Counted from the first letter of the whole stretch, positions 12,415-26,199 are shown. The stretch is DNA of 63,324 nucleotides, filler included, from Octopus bimaculoides (GCF_001194135.2; 6 parts of 5 records of this genome joined end to end with filler, not necessarily neighbours in it); one strand, 5' to 3'. Numbers and translations are program-made. Notes: a model not told the origin generated them from the sequence alone.

Positions 12415-13439
12415 TATGTGATATTGATAAGGTTTATGTTACTGACACCTAATGGTTGTTTTACTTTACTGTGAACTTAATGTTATAGTATTCAGTTAGT
12501 CCTGGTGTCCTACCTGTTGATATACCTAGATTCTAAAGAATCCTATAGCTAATATATAAGTATATATACATATGTGTGTGTGTGTATGTGTATCAATTTA
12601 AATACACAACCAAAAAAGCTACCAATAGTTTCATGCTATTATGATACTTGAACAGGCATATTTATAAAATACACCATATATCTTAAAGTAATGCATTACA
12701 TACATTTTAAAAACAAGGAGGCTGGACAGTAAACACACACACACACACCAACATGCATACATATGTGCATGTTGGTGTGTGTGTGTGTGTTTAGCTCAAG
12801 GAAACCAAAAGCTGGTGCTCTTTGTATAAAGTCACTTTGTATAAAGTCTTTGTATAAAGTCACTTGCAGCAGTATATGTTTTGAATTAGAGTTAAAAATT
12901 CCCTTATTTCTAGCATCAATACAATTGCTGTGACTGGCACTTTGGAAATCTGTATCCAATGAAACTACTATTCAACAATTATGATATAAAAAGCATAATA
13001 ATAAATGTGATGTAAAAAGACAAATGAACTGATGTATCCATTACAGAGAGAGCACCATACTGGAAAGACACGAAAATCTAAGAAGCATCTGATGTAGGTC
13101 TAATTGAAGACACACACAATCAATTTTAAATTAATTTCTATATTATTTACTAGAAAGTAATTTGAGATGTCCATGATTTTCAGCTTACAGGTACAGCTAT
13201 GGTCAAATTCAGCAACTATTGTCTTTTTACCATTTTTCTTAATATAAATGTTTTTGTGCAGCAGAATCATTTGAAGAGTTGACAAAATACATTGTAATAT
13301 TTAGTTATGTCACTTTTTCTTCTGACATCAAATCTCACATCAGTTGATTTTATATTCATTCTAGGTCCAATACAGTGTGAGCCAGATATATTAGTATTAA
13401 ATGAAATTACTTTACAACAATGCACTAGTTTCCTTAAGC

Positions 13440-15800
13440 TGATCCAGGTTTAAGCAAACAGGTCTTTCCAAGAACAATAACTTTTAAACTGTGAGATTTT
13501 TACCAAGACATTTGAATGAGAAGAACGATTCTATATACAATTAAGTCAATGGAAATTAATGGCTTCATATAGATTACTTTATCAGTATGAAGAAGATTAA
13601 CATATTAATAAAAGTCATTTAGACATGGATAAAGAAAACTAACAAAGCTGTTCACTGCGTTTATTGCAATCCAAAATGTGTTTTAATTTCATTATATAAA
13701 CCATGAAATGTTTTTACAAGTAATTGCCCCACACCTAACTCTCCCAGTGCCCATTAGATTACAGGTTCTGGGTCTCAGTCAAAGGCACACTCTCATAATT
13801 AAGAGAGGTTGACTAATGAGCATAAGAACTTATTTTACATAAGAAATTTGGCATAAAAACTTATTTTACAATAATCTGGTAGAAATAAACATTGTGTGGT
13901 TTTATGTGTAATCATAAGCCTAATTTACATAAACCCATTGAATATTATACTAACTTTTCTATATTTCCTACTGATTTCATAATTGACTCCTCAAAAATAT
14001 TTTCTTTGTTAACAAGTATATTTTGAGCAGTAGGATAATTCTTTGTTAACAAGTATATTTTGAGCAGTAGGATAATACACTGCTTTGCTGCTCCCAAGGA
14101 ATAATACTTATCTAAAAACCTCACATAAATAATCAAGTAATTTGTATTACACTCACCTTTAGTAATGCATTTAAAATTTTCAAAAAACTTTCTTAAAAGT
14201 TCTTCAGAATCCATGTTTTAAAGACTTTTATTATTATATTGATCCTCTTCATACTAATAAAGCGATCTGTACGAAGCCATTCATTTCTGTTGGCTTGATT
14301 ATATATAGGATCACTCTTCTCATTGAAATGTCTTGTTCAAAAACTTACCAAAACTAAACACAAGTGTTTCTTTATCATAATTGTCATTCAAAGACATCTT
14401 TGTAAACTTCTATAAGTCTTTCACTTTGAAAACTTTCATTCTTTGTTCTCATCTCTTCACATTGAAGAAACTCTTACTTTTTGTTTTGTACTCTTTATTA
14501 GCTACTTGTATAGCTACATCACTTCCTCATACTCACTCCTTTTAAGCATTCTAAGAGTCAAAAGTAAGAAGTAACTAATATTATGAACTCAGAGATCATT
14601 GCATAGCCCTATGAAGAACAATATTTCATCCCAATACCACTTGCAACATGTCATATTATCAATTAACTGAATGTGAACAGGAACACACTGTAGTATTTGT
14701 GAAACAGGAAGTCTTTATATATCTTACCACTGTAGGCAACAAATTGTCAGAATCCTTAAAGAATAAGAGAAGATAGCTTGTAGTTTTTGTTCCATATGTC
14801 TGCACGCTAAACACAATTTTATTTTTACTTCTTTTGGGATCAATACAATAAAGTACAGTTTTGGACAGCAGATTGGAGAAATTATGTTGCATTCTAAGCT
14901 TTTGAGGGGTATGCTTAATACCTCATATGGTTAACATCTCTATCACCTGGTTCTTGAATACCTTCAGCCGTGTTCACCCCTTGGCAGGCTAGCACTCCAG
15001 TTTAAGAATAATTCACTCCCAAATTTGCACCACTCTTAGACACTCTGAAAAAATTTCATAGAAACAGACTTTCCTTTCCTGACTAAATGAAAAAAAAAAA
15101 GGTAAACAAATAAACACGTACAAGATATCTTTTGAATCTCCTCTGAATTGATACTTATTCTTTTAATGTCAGAATGAAGACCATCTCCCAATCTTTGCAG
15201 AAGTTTTGAGACCATCTTCTAATCTTTGCAGAAGTAGTTGAATAATGACCAGACTCATCTTGTTGCATAATAGGACACTTGTCTTTTGAGGGACTCTTAC
15301 TTGGGGATCTAGTCCCATGATTGCTTTCAATAAATAACTTTTAATTTTACATTTCATTCATAGAGAGAACAGTAATGTTAAGGTGTCACAACCACTGATG
15401 TTTTTATCCAGACATCATTTTTAGGAGGTTGCCAGTCAAGACAAAAGAGACTTTCTCCCTTTTGTAGTAAATCTAATCCTGAAACGGCTTTCTTTGTTGT
15501 TTTTCATTTCAGAGTACACATTATCATTATTACTACTGTCATGAGGCAGTTGTACAGTGTGAAAAATTAATAATAATAATAATGAAATAAAGAAATATCT
15601 ATTTGGATGGTTGTTGACTTTCCTAAGTTCATCCATCCACCCATATCTTTCATCCTGAAGAATCTCCATAAACAATTAAAAATGCACCCACCTCACTGAG
15701 CATGATCTGTAGGGTTTCTGGTTTAGTTGCTGATAGCCCAATGTCTATGGTATAATTGCAGTTCCTTGTCCTTTACCATGGTGCTGGTGGAGAGATGAAT
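13440..15800. pseudogene. Unidentified decayed coding-like tract with a diverged inverted paralogous segment
   Basis: 13500-13625(+) and 14222-14345(-) translate to NEKNDSIYN*VNGN*WLHIDYFISMKKINILIKV versus NEKSDPIYNQANRNEWLRTDRFISMKRINIIIKV. Further short minus-strand ORFs follow to about 15.7 kb. Confidence 0.35.
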
Positions 15801-16053
15801 GAACAGTGTTGGGAAGTGACAAGGCTCTGGAAAAAACAATGGGAGAATCATTAATGTTAATCAATTGTCTGTTGTTGTTGCAATATTTAGTTGAAGTCCT
15901 TTGTATTTAGATTACAAATCCTGTTCATACTAACTTTGCTTTTCATCCTTTACTATTTATAATATAATGTACCAGTCAATTACAGAATGAATTTAATGAA
16001 CTAATCAAATTTTCAGTTAGATTTGATTATCATAATCATTATTATTATTATTA

Positions 16054-16133
<80 letters not shown>

Positions 16134-16460
16134 GTTATTGTTATTATTATTATTATTATTATTATTCNNNNNNNNNNNNNNNNNNNNNNNNNNNNNNNNN
16201 NNNNNNNNNNNTTAATTAATTAANNNNNNNNNNNNNNNNNNNNNNNNNNNNNNNNNNNNNNNNNNNNAAAAAAAAAAAAAAAAAAAGAAATACGGTGAAA
16301 ATCCAACAAAAAAAATGAAACATTCTAGTCTTATTTCTGAAGGAATAATCAAGAAAAGTGAAAAAAATAGCAGAATATGCATAAATTTGCATGTTATGTG
16401 AGTGAGTGAATGTATGTGTGTGCATTATATATGCATGTATGTGTGTATATATATATATAT

Positions 16461-16580
16461 AATTGCTGGTGGGACACAGTATTTCATTTTGCAGCCATAA
16501 TATATAGGTTTATAAACATTTAATATACTTGGTAGTATATTATGGTTGCAAAACAAAATATGGGGTCCCTACCGACAATT
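16461..16580. mobile_element. Short palindromic MITE-like element
   Basis: aattgctggtgggacac...gggtccctaccgacaatt termini, plus inner inverted repeat ttttgcagccataatata / tatattatggttgcaaaa. Confidence 0.55.
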
Positions 16581-16912
16581 AGTATCTATGTACCAGTTGC
16601 CAGGAATGTGCTTAGTATGTAAATTGATCTATCCAATAGTGTTACACTACTAAATTTAATGGGCATTTAAGCAACGTGTTTGTGAGAGTTTAAGGGGCTG
16701 GATGTAGTACTGAAGAAGAAGCAGTAAATCCTGAAATATGCATATACACCCATTAGGTCTTATTCTATCTTTGATCACATTGTTTACAAAGATGTGTTTG
16801 TATATAAAATGTCATAACTTTCAATGGTGGCTCTAAATACTATAGAAAATCTGTAAAGATAAATTTAAAAATGAAATACATAAATATATAAATACATGAA
16901 TATGTGTGTATG

Positions 16913-16960
<48 letters not shown>

Positions 16961-18299
16961 TATATACATCTACATGCACACACACACATAATATATATAT
17001 ATATATTGTATACACATTTATTTATAAGCATGTGATGGTTGGTGAAGAACATACAGTCATAAAATATCTACCTCATCAAATTCTGTCTGCTGCATGCAGG
17101 TATGGAAAAGTGGATTTTAAAGCACTGATAATGATTATGATAATGATAATAAATATATACATACATACTCATATATATTTGAATATGCATATATTATTAT
17201 ATGATTATATCTTTCTCCATCTCACTCTCCCTCCACATAGATACATACAGACATATGTGCATGATGTGCATACACGTGTGTGTATGAACAAATATGTATG
17301 TGTGTGTGTCCATGCGCGCATGTATATATTATATGAACGTGTATATTTATGTCTATATACTGTGGCTTTATTGAAGTAACTAATTTTTTCCTCCCCCTCT
17401 TCACTCTCTGTTAATCTTTTTATGAAGCCATCTAATTTGTCTCTTAGTTTGTCTATTAACTAACTAAAGTGTCTGTCTTCTTTTTTCATTGTCTTTCTTT
17501 AAAGAAGAAAAAATGTTTACTCGAAAAATTGTTGAGTTTTATTTTTTCTGAAACATGTTTTTCGTAATCTTGTGGTTTCCCCATCCCTTATGGCTTGCTA
17601 TTATTGATGCAATTATTTTCACTATGGTAATATTAATGGTTGCTGTTGAGGTTCTTTTGTTTGTTGTTAATCTTTTTGTTAAACAGAGTTATTCTTCTGA
17701 AGTGTCTAACTACTAGGAAGATGTTCTAAATAGAGTCAAGTTATTCTTTTCTCCATCTGATACTTAAAGGTGGCTCCACCAAGATCATGTTGGAAAATTT
17801 CTAGCAATTTTATATCAAGTCTGTGCAAGAAATATTTTTGTAACTTTTTAAATAATGTTTAGTGAACATTCAACAAAATTGTATCTGGTTTTGCAATTCC
17901 TTTTTACTCAAATCTCTCCAATATTATATTTATATCTTACTATAGTTGATTTTAATGAAAAACTTAAGCAATGAACTAATTGTACACAATACAACTGTAA
18001 GCTGTTATAGTTAGATTAGCTGATACTTTGTTTGGTATTCCTAAATTAACAAACAGTGAAAGTGTTTAATGATTTATTTGGTGATTGCAATGACTAGCTG
18101 AAGCAAATATGTTTTGTCATTTAACTCATTCTCAAGCAAGATTATTTTATATTATGCAATAAACCATTAAATTATATCTAAACCACTAAATTTCCAGGTG
18201 AATCAGCACTTTTCTTACCTACTCTGATGATTAGTGAACAGAGTATAAATAGTTTAGGAAAGAATACAAGGTCTAGCTACTGGGACCTATGCTACACAC

Positions 18300-18720
18300 A
18301 CAGAAAATTAGGTGAACACATGGGGCACTAAAATCAATGGGCCTTAAAAATAATTTGGGCAAAACTTTCTTAATGCAATTGAAATCAGGAGAACTTAGTA
18401 ATAAAGAAAATTGGTGAAGTCCCTACCACTCCCATCAAAGGTGGATGAAGAACAGGTTGAGTGGCTAAGATGCTCAGATGATGCAAATGATTAGATATGA
18501 AATATTTCGAATTTTGCTTAGTAACAGATTTACTCAGCATGATCATAAATCTCCAGAATTGAATTATAATTATTGAACGGCAATTTTATTTGGTGTAATG
18601 AGGGTGGAAGATGATGTAGAAAAAAAATTGGTAAAGGTTACCTTCATTGGTGTGCTGGGAGAAAAGAGAGTGTTGTAGGACTGGTCAAGGGTACTGAATA
18701 CCAAGTGCCAACCCCTGACA
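18300..18720 (-). mobile_element. Possible very old LINE endonuclease remnant
   Basis: The minus strand contains ctggagatttatgatcatgc, a frameshifted GDFNDH-like motif. No long ORF. Confidence 0.25.
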
Positions 18721-18814
18721 ATGTAATTGAAAGAATATGAATAAACTCATGTATCTTTTCAAGTGCTTGATACATTGTAAACTCTGTCAGTGTTAATACT
18801 CATACAATATGAGA

Positions 18815-18941
18815 TTTTGAACCTAACCACTTGGTTTTTGCCACTGTGTGGCACTTTGGCTAAGTGTCTTCTATTATAGCCCTGAGCTGGCCAAAGTCTT
18901 GTGTGTGGATTTGGTAGGCAGAAACTGAAGGAAGCCCATCA
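18815..18941 (+). mobile_element. SINE 5' half, interrupted by the 18942-19519 element
   Basis: actgtgtggcactttgg..gtcttctattatagcc..gtgtgtggatttggtagg..aaactgaaggaagccc. Confidence 0.7.
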
Positions 18942-19519
18942 GGAGCTTTTTTAAAATGGGGGCCACATTTTTCATTAATGAAACACTTTGAAACTTGGAA
19001 CACTGGTAGAATGTGTCATATAAAACATCTTTTTCTCTTAGTCTTCTTAAAAAAAAAAGAAATCCGTAAATTATTCCATGTTAAAGTTGTCATATTTCTG
19101 TAATTTCAACCAATCACTGACGTCCATTCAGCCGATATACATTAAGTGCCAACTACATAAACAAACGATTCTGAAACAATTAACCCTAACCCTAACCCTA
19201 ACTCTAACCCTAGCCCTAACCCTAACCCTAGGGTTAGGGTTAGGGTTAAAGCAAATTTAAAATGAAATAAGCAAATAAAACGAAGAATCGTTTGTTTATG
19301 TAGTCGGCACTTAATGTATATCAGCTGAATGGACGTCAGTGATTGGTTGAAATTATCGAAATAAGACAATTTTTTACATGAAATAAATTCGAATCCAAAA
19401 ATATTTTTCTGTTCTATAACACAAAATAGATAAGTATACGAAGTTTGAAAGTCTTTTGGTACCAAAAACACTACGTAAAACATTAATGAAAAATGTGACC
19501 CCCATTTTAAAAAAGATCC
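18942..19519. mobile_element. Non-autonomous TIR DNA element with internal inverted repeats and telomeric-repeat core
   Basis: TIRs ggagcttttttaaaatgggggccacatttttcattaatg / cattaatgaaaaatgtgacccccattttaaaaaagatcc. Flanks gcccatca / gcccatcc are a 7-8 bp TSD. Inner inverted repeat of about 70 bp. Confidence 0.85.
19181..19248. repeat. Head-to-head telomeric hexamer arrays (TAACCC)n then (GGGTTA)n
   Basis: taaccctaaccc...ccctaGGGTTAGGGTTAGGGTTA with the strand switch at cctagg (about 19227-19232). Confidence 0.9.
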
Positions 19520-19679
19520 GCCCATCCTATATGTATGTGTGCATTTATGTGAATGTGTTTGTGTGTACATGTATGCATGTGTGTTTCTTTCACTTGATAT
19601 CTACATGATAGTTCTTGACAAGTGTCACTATCATACAACATAGTGTTGATCATTTCCAATCTTCTGTGGAAACATGTCT

Positions 19680-19835
19680 AGTCATGGGGAAGAAATATTT
19701 TGCTCGGAAACAGGTGAAGGTTGGAGGTAGGAAAGACATCTAGTTGTTCAAAATCTCCCTCTATGAATTTTGTCTTGCCCATGCTAGCATGGAAAAGTAG
19801 ACATTCAAACAAGGATTCTGCTACTGATAATGATG
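19680..19835 (+). mobile_element. RTE-type 3' tail fragment
   Basis: ggaaagacatc..cccatgctagcatggaaaag..tgatgat, same family as 37310-37445 and 55428-55571. Confidence 0.55.
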
Positions 19836-20462
19836 ATATCATACAATATTTCCAAAATAGGGTTTTACAAATCCTGCTTCATTTTAGCTCATTAATTTAA
19901 TGTACAAGAAACAAACAAATACATAAACATGCAGGCAGTAAGGTTTTTAACAGCTAAATTCTCTATGGAACTAATGACTTTTGAAAGTTAATATATAGTA
20001 ACAAGACAAATAAAAATAAAACAGTAAATATATATAATTCATAAAAAGGCAATAAAATTTTATAACATTTGGATTGGGGTAGACTAAATTATCAGAAATG
20101 CTTGCATTAATAGTTGATATATTTAGAAAATTGGAATTTAGATAAAATAATGTTGAATTCTCACTGAATATTATCTAGGAAAGATACAAAAATATTTTTG
20201 CTTAGAATTAGTTTATTTTTCATTCATTTATTTTACATATGTTTTTTTTCATGAGCATGGGTTAGACATGTACATATTACTGAAGTATTATTTTAGAGTC
20301 AGACACCCTGACTTGAAAATCCCTCAATTTTCAAGTCAGGGATTTTTCTTTCTACTCACCTTTGAAAGCAGAGGACTACTACATAATTTGTTATCACTGA
20401 TTTTCATGTGAAGAGCAGAATGTAAACATTTACCAACAGACACATATGCACATTCACACACA

Positions 20463-20502
<40 letters not shown>

Positions 20503-20569
20503 TATGTCTGTGTGTCTCTGTGTGTGTCTGTATGTGTGTCTGTGTGTGTGTCTTTGTGTGTGTGTGTAT

Positions 20570-21175
20570 AGTTAATGGCTTGAGAACTTCTGATCATTCT
20601 TGACATATGTCTTCAATTTCTCTGTCATCCATGGCATTTTTAATCTCTTGGATAAAACATCCAATGTCTTCTAACAATTGGTTTCATTGATATTGGATTT
20701 TACTAATCTACTTCTTCTCTGTTTACTATGAGAAGGTTGCTGCAAAAGAAATTCAGCTACCACCTCCTTGTTATACCAGCAGTGACCAATAAATCTCACC
20801 TTGGGCTCTTGTATTGGTTCTGTGATAAATAGGATGTCTTTGTTTGTCATATATGTACTGGAGTGCTGCAAGGTGGTACCCTCACACAGAAGTCAGACTG
20901 TATATCAATACTGTTAAAATAGAATATATGTCTTACAACCAAGATGGAACTGAAAGCTTGCACTTCTCTGACTTGAGAAAACATTAAAAAAAAATGAGAA
21001 TTACAAATGACACATGGATGACACATTTCCAAATCTAAGAGTGATATGGAAATTAGAATTCGTAAAGTGTAGGGAATGTTTAACTGTTTGGATATGGAAA
21101 TTTAGTCTTCAACAAAAATATTAGAATATACTTCTTCAAAACTGTAGTTGAATCAATTTTAGTTTGTGGTTCAAT
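20570..21175 (-). mobile_element. RTE LINE ORF2 C-terminal remnant
   Basis: KVRFIGHCWYNKEVVAEFLLQQPSHSKQRRSR resembles the RTE C-terminus (RLRFAGHC.R...P....RRRGR). Confidence 0.6.
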
Positions 21176-21200
21176 GACAGTTGCATCCACGCGCGCACAC

Positions 21201-21244
<44 letters not shown>

Positions 21245-21249
21245 ATATA

Positions 21250-22365
21250 GCACCAGTGAATATGAAATAGAACCAATACAGTTTTGGCTTAATAAATGTC
21301 CTTATGTGTTACCAGATTGCATACAAAAAGAAGACAAGTGAAACAGTCACCGAAACAATCACTCAGTTTATGGGAAAGAATGCTTGAATGAAAGAACTTG
21401 CAGAAGATGGTTTGCAAAATTCAGAAGTGGAAATATCAGCCTTGAAAATGAAGATCGAACAGGATGTCCAGTTGAGTTTGATGATAAGCTCCTTGAGGCA
21501 TGACTTGAAGAAAATCCTGCATTATCAGTTGAAGAATTGGCAATAAATCTTAGTTAAAACCATACAACTGTTCATCGTCATCTTCAACAATTTGGAAAGG
21601 TTCTTAAACTTGGAAAGTGGGTGCCTCATGAATTGTCCGAAAGCAACCACAAATCCCAAGTTGACATCTGCTCTTCTCTCCATTCTCATGAATTCATTTC
21701 ACCCTTTTTGGATAGACTTGTGACTGGTGAAGAAAAATGGATCTTCTATCGAAATGTTAAACATCGTAAACAGTGGCTTGGTAAAAGGGAAAAACACAAC
21801 CACAACCGAGAATGGAACTTCATAGGAAAAAGGTCCTTCTTTCTATCTGGTGGGATTGCAAAGGAGTAATTTACTTTGAATTGTTACCACCTAATGCAAC
21901 AATCAATCCTCAAGTCTACTGTCAGCAATTAGAGCATTTGAATGAAGCTTTGAAGAAAAAAAGACCCACTTTAGTGAATCAAAAAGGAGTGATGTTTCAT
22001 CAGGACAATGCGCAACCCCACACTGCAAAGATCGCAACACAGAAGATCGAAGAGCTTGGTTGGGAAAAAATTCCTCATCCACCTTATTCTCCTCACTTTG
22101 CTCCTTCAGACGACCATTTGTTTCGTAGTTTACAGAATCATTTTGGGGACATAACTTTCGCAAGCCAGGAGGAGGTCGAAACTGACATTTCAAAGTTCTT
22201 CGCTTGAAACCAAAAGAGTTTTACATTGATGGGATTAAAAAGCTTGTAAATAGATGGAAAGAAGTCATAGATAATCAGGAAAAGTACATTGATGATTAAA
22301 TTTCAATTAAATATAATCACTTTTTTCTTCCTTCAAAATTTGGACAGAGCTTATGGGATGACCTG
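21250..22365 (+). mobile_element. Mariner (DD34D-type) transposon, decayed transposase
   Basis: WVPHELSE, LVTGEEKW, FHQDNAQPHTA and PYSPHFAPSDDHLFRSL motifs. 3' TIR-like cttatgggatgacctg. Confidence 0.92.
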
Positions 22366-22564
22366 AAACTTTGAAATAATTTGATTGTAATAATCTGTTG
22401 ATTATGTATTATTGTATTTTGGAATGACTTGATTGTAAGAATGCAGTTTAGAATTAATAACTGCAATATAAAGGAATAGTGCATTTTCTTTTTATTATTA
22501 CTTTTCCATACCTCCTGATTTGTGTGGGATATTTGTAACACTCTCTCACTATACATACATATAT

Positions 22565-22760
22565 ACATCATCATCGTCATCATCATCATTATTTAGTGTC
22601 TGCTCTCCATGCTGGCATGGGTTAGATGGTTTAACTGGAGCTCATGAGCCGGAGAACTGGACCAGGTTCCAGTCTGATTTGACATGGTTTCTACAGCTGG
22701 TGGCCTTTCCTTTTGCCAACCACTCCACGAGCGTAATGAGTGCTTTTACATGCCACGTAT
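22565..22760 (-). mobile_element. RTE-type 3' tail fragment
   Basis: (CAT)n then ccatgctggcatgggttagatgg...ttctacagctgg..ccttt. Confidence 0.65.
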
Positions 22761-22810
22761 GTATGTGTGTATGTATGTATGTAAATGATATGTATATATA
22801 TATATATGCA

Positions 22811-22842
<32 letters not shown>

Positions 22843-23404
22843 NNNNNNNNNNTGTGTGTGTGCTTGTTTATGTACAGATATACATATATGATAGGCTTTG
22901 TATAGTTTCTATCTTTCAAATTCACTCACAAAGCTCCGGTCAGCTAGCTGCTATGATACTATGATAAAAGGCACTTTCTCAAAGTGCTGAGCAGTGAAAT
23001 TAAACTAAAAACCTTAAAGTTATTTTATTTCATGTTGCACTTCGCTAGCAATAATGTCATTGATTGCAAGTTTTCCCTAGTTAATCCCTTGCTTACTGTG
23101 TTTATGATGGCAAGAGTGACATGTATCTTACTAATGTCCATGACATCATCTTTCAGAATAACAAAGAAATATTCCATGATGCTTGACTGATGTGACCATC
23201 AGTGCTATCAAAAGATTTTCAATTCTGATCATTAGAGAGTTTAAATTTTATCATATTTACATAAGTATGTGGCATGTTACAAAACTTGGGTAGATTCTAC
23301 AATAGTACAAGATCTGTTGTCAGTACTGTAACCTCAATTTAAGGTGGTGAGGTGGCAAAATCGTTAGCTTGGTAGCATTTCACTTGTCTTTATGTTCCAT
23401 ATGT

Positions 23405-24105
23405 GTAGGAGTGGCTGTGTGGTAAGTAGCTTGCTTACCAAACACATGGTTCCGGGTTCAGTCCCACTGCGTGGCATCTTGGGCAAATGTCTTCTACTAT
23501 AGCCTCGAGCCGACCAAAGCCTTGTGAGTGGATTTGGTAGACGGAAACCAAAAGAAGCCCGTCATATATCGTCGTCGTCGTTTAACGTCCGCTTTCCATG
23601 CTAGCATGGGTTGGACGATTTGACTGAGGACTGGTGAAACCAGATGGCTACACCAGGCTCCAATCTGATTTGGCAGAGTTTCTACAGCTGGATGCCCTTC
23701 CTAACGCCAACCACTCAGAGAGTGTAGTGGGTGCTTTTACGTGTCACCTGCACGAAGGCCTGTCAGGCGGTACTGGCAACGGCCACGCTCATCTCGCTCG
23801 AGAAACCTCATGTGTCACCCGCACAAGAGCCAGTCCAGGGGCACCGGCAACGATCTCGCTTGAAGAAATTTCATGTGTCACTCACACAATATGTGTGTAT
23901 GTGTTTGTCCCTCCAACATCGCTTGACAACCGATGCTGGTGTGTTTACGTCCCCGTAACATAGTGGTTTGGCAAAAGATACCGATAGAATAAGTACTAGG
24001 CTTCCAAAGAATAAGTCCTGGGGTCGATTTGCTCGACTAAAGGTGGTGCTCCAGCATGGCCACAGTCAAAAGACTGAAACAAGTAAAAGAGAGAGTAAAG
24101 AGTAT
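23405..24105 (+). mobile_element. Near full-length tRNA-derived SINE with a nested antisense RTE tail (about 23568-23870)
   Basis: Head gtggctgtgtggtaag..ggttccgggttcagtcccactg and tail ggtgctccagcatggccacagtcaaaagactgaaacaagtaaaaga. The insert begins gtcgtcgtttaacgtccgctttccatgctagcatggg. Confidence 0.8.
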
Positions 24106-24640
24106 GTTCAAGTCCCTCTGCTTTTCATCCATTTGGGGTCGATGAAATGAGTTCTATTTGAGCACTGGGGGTGATGTAATCAACTATTCCCTTTGCCCAA
24201 AATTTTAGACTTTGTGCTCATAGCAGAAATGATTATTGAAACAACTATTCTTAATGTTTCACTACAAGACAGCCTAAGTTTAGGAGACTATGATCAAAGA
24301 CATTCCCGCTGTGACTGTAACACCATTTTCTAGTATAATGTATTAGTAATGGTTTATTTAATGTTTTCTTCACTTTTTAAGAAGATGAGCTATGATTTGG
24401 TTAACATTTGTGAAAGGTAGCCTGATTACAAAGAGACACTGCCATTATAATTCCAGCAGATTAGTCAGAAAATAGAACATTCTCTATAGATTTTTAAAAT
24501 GATTTTAATCAGAATTATACTGTAAATCAGAGTAAAATGACAAATTTTTGTTTTCTCTCTTCCATATTCTTATGAGTAGGTAAAGTACTGGAGCCCTGCC
24601 CTTCAAAAATGAATGTTTTGAAATACTCTGATTTCTATGT

Positions 24641-24838
24641 AAAGATTTTTGCCAACATAACCTGGCAGTCCTAGTTTCGGATGAATGTTGATGTAATTTA
24701 GCCCCAGGAGACATCATCTCCAGCTGGCTACACAACACAATCTGACATATAACCAGCTGGAGACGACTCTCCTGGGGCTAAATTACAGCAACATTCGTCC
24801 TAAACCAGGACTGCCATGTTATGTTGACAAAAATCTTT
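24641..24838. repeat. Inverted repeat, arms about 87 bp, 25-nt spacer
   Basis: aaagatttttgccaacataacctggcagtcc...ccagctgg / ccagctgg...ggactgccatgttatgttgacaaaaatcttt. Confidence 0.85.
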
Positions 24839-25598
24839 GCCCCCAAAGTACTGTTGCTGAATATCTTTCGTTGTGAGATTTACAAATAGTAATTTTCTAC
24901 TCTGATTTATGGTAGTAGCTGGCAGCTGGACTGAGTTTATAAAAACGTTAACAACACTCTAATTGGGATGTCAATGAAATTTCATCAAGATATTGATGAA
25001 GTTTGGTAAAGAGAAAATCATTTCAATTTCACTTCATAACTTAACTTCAATTTCATTCCAGTGCTAGGTATTAACTCTGAACATTAACAATAAAGCTGTT
25101 GGAAAAGTACCTCAGGGAAGTGTTCCATATACTACAAAGAAAGAAACTCTCTTGGGACTTACACATGCTATGTAGTGAGTTGAAAACTTCAATCAGCTTT
25201 AGTAGTGTAGATGTAAATATAAAATATTTTATCTCTGAAGATGAGGCTACAACCCATCAAACCAATAATTGTATGCTTGCATTGTGCTTGTGTACATTCT
25301 TATTATAAACCTTGTTGTGCTTGTTATAAGATGTTCAACTGGTCTTCCTCACTTTTATGTAACTTTAAATCAATCATATAAGAGATGGTTTATAGTCATT
25401 CCATAATGCTTCTATCACCAGTTTGGTGGATAGAAGTCTTATGTGTTAATAGAAGAAGAATAATCCTTTTGGAATATACATCCACATACACGTGTGATTT
25501 ATCATTAAGTAAGTTTTATGTAGGTGTTTTGTTGTTTCCTGTCATTTCATTCACAAATGCATGCACAAACACATACACATGCACAAACACAGGCACAG

Positions 25599-25713
<115 letters not shown>

Positions 25714-26199
25714 CTCTCTCTCTCTCTCATACACACAGAAACATGTGTGTGTGTATATTATATATGTGTGTGTGTTTATATAATTTTGACTGGTGCTATA
25801 CATGTATAGTTAGTGTTTGCAGAGACCATTTATCTGGAATTCTGTGAAAGGTATTTTTGCTGTCAATCCTTGCTTGCAATTTTTCTCAATTCTTACAATC
25901 TTTGCTTATTGCTTATTTATCAGCAGATGATTTTTAGAGTCTTAACTCTCACTTCACCATTACTTTTGCTCATCTGATTAGATGTTATTCTCTTTCAGGA
26001 AGGCATTTACTGTAAGAAATTATTGATTCGAGAATTTCGGGTTTCATTGATAGTTAGATGATAGCTGTATAATCATCAGAATGTTCGTTGTTCTTGGATT
26101 TTTCCTAGTAGTTCTGGTATTGTCTCCGTTGTTTTTTCTTTAAGAATAACATTAGGAAGATCTGCATGTGTTTTGTTATGTCTGTTAGCCAAAAGTGTA

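Noticed and set aside
16212-16223. TTAATTAATTAA islands inside N runs (also 37889, 45738, 53924, 61090)
   Set aside because: An identical 12-mer with stops in all frames, always centred between fixed-length N runs. This is a scaffolding spacer, not biology.
24753-24820. Hammerhead reading of the 24.7 kb hairpin arm (CTGGAGA...AAAC)
   Set aside because: The core is not CTGANGA and there is no UH cleavage triplet with stem I.
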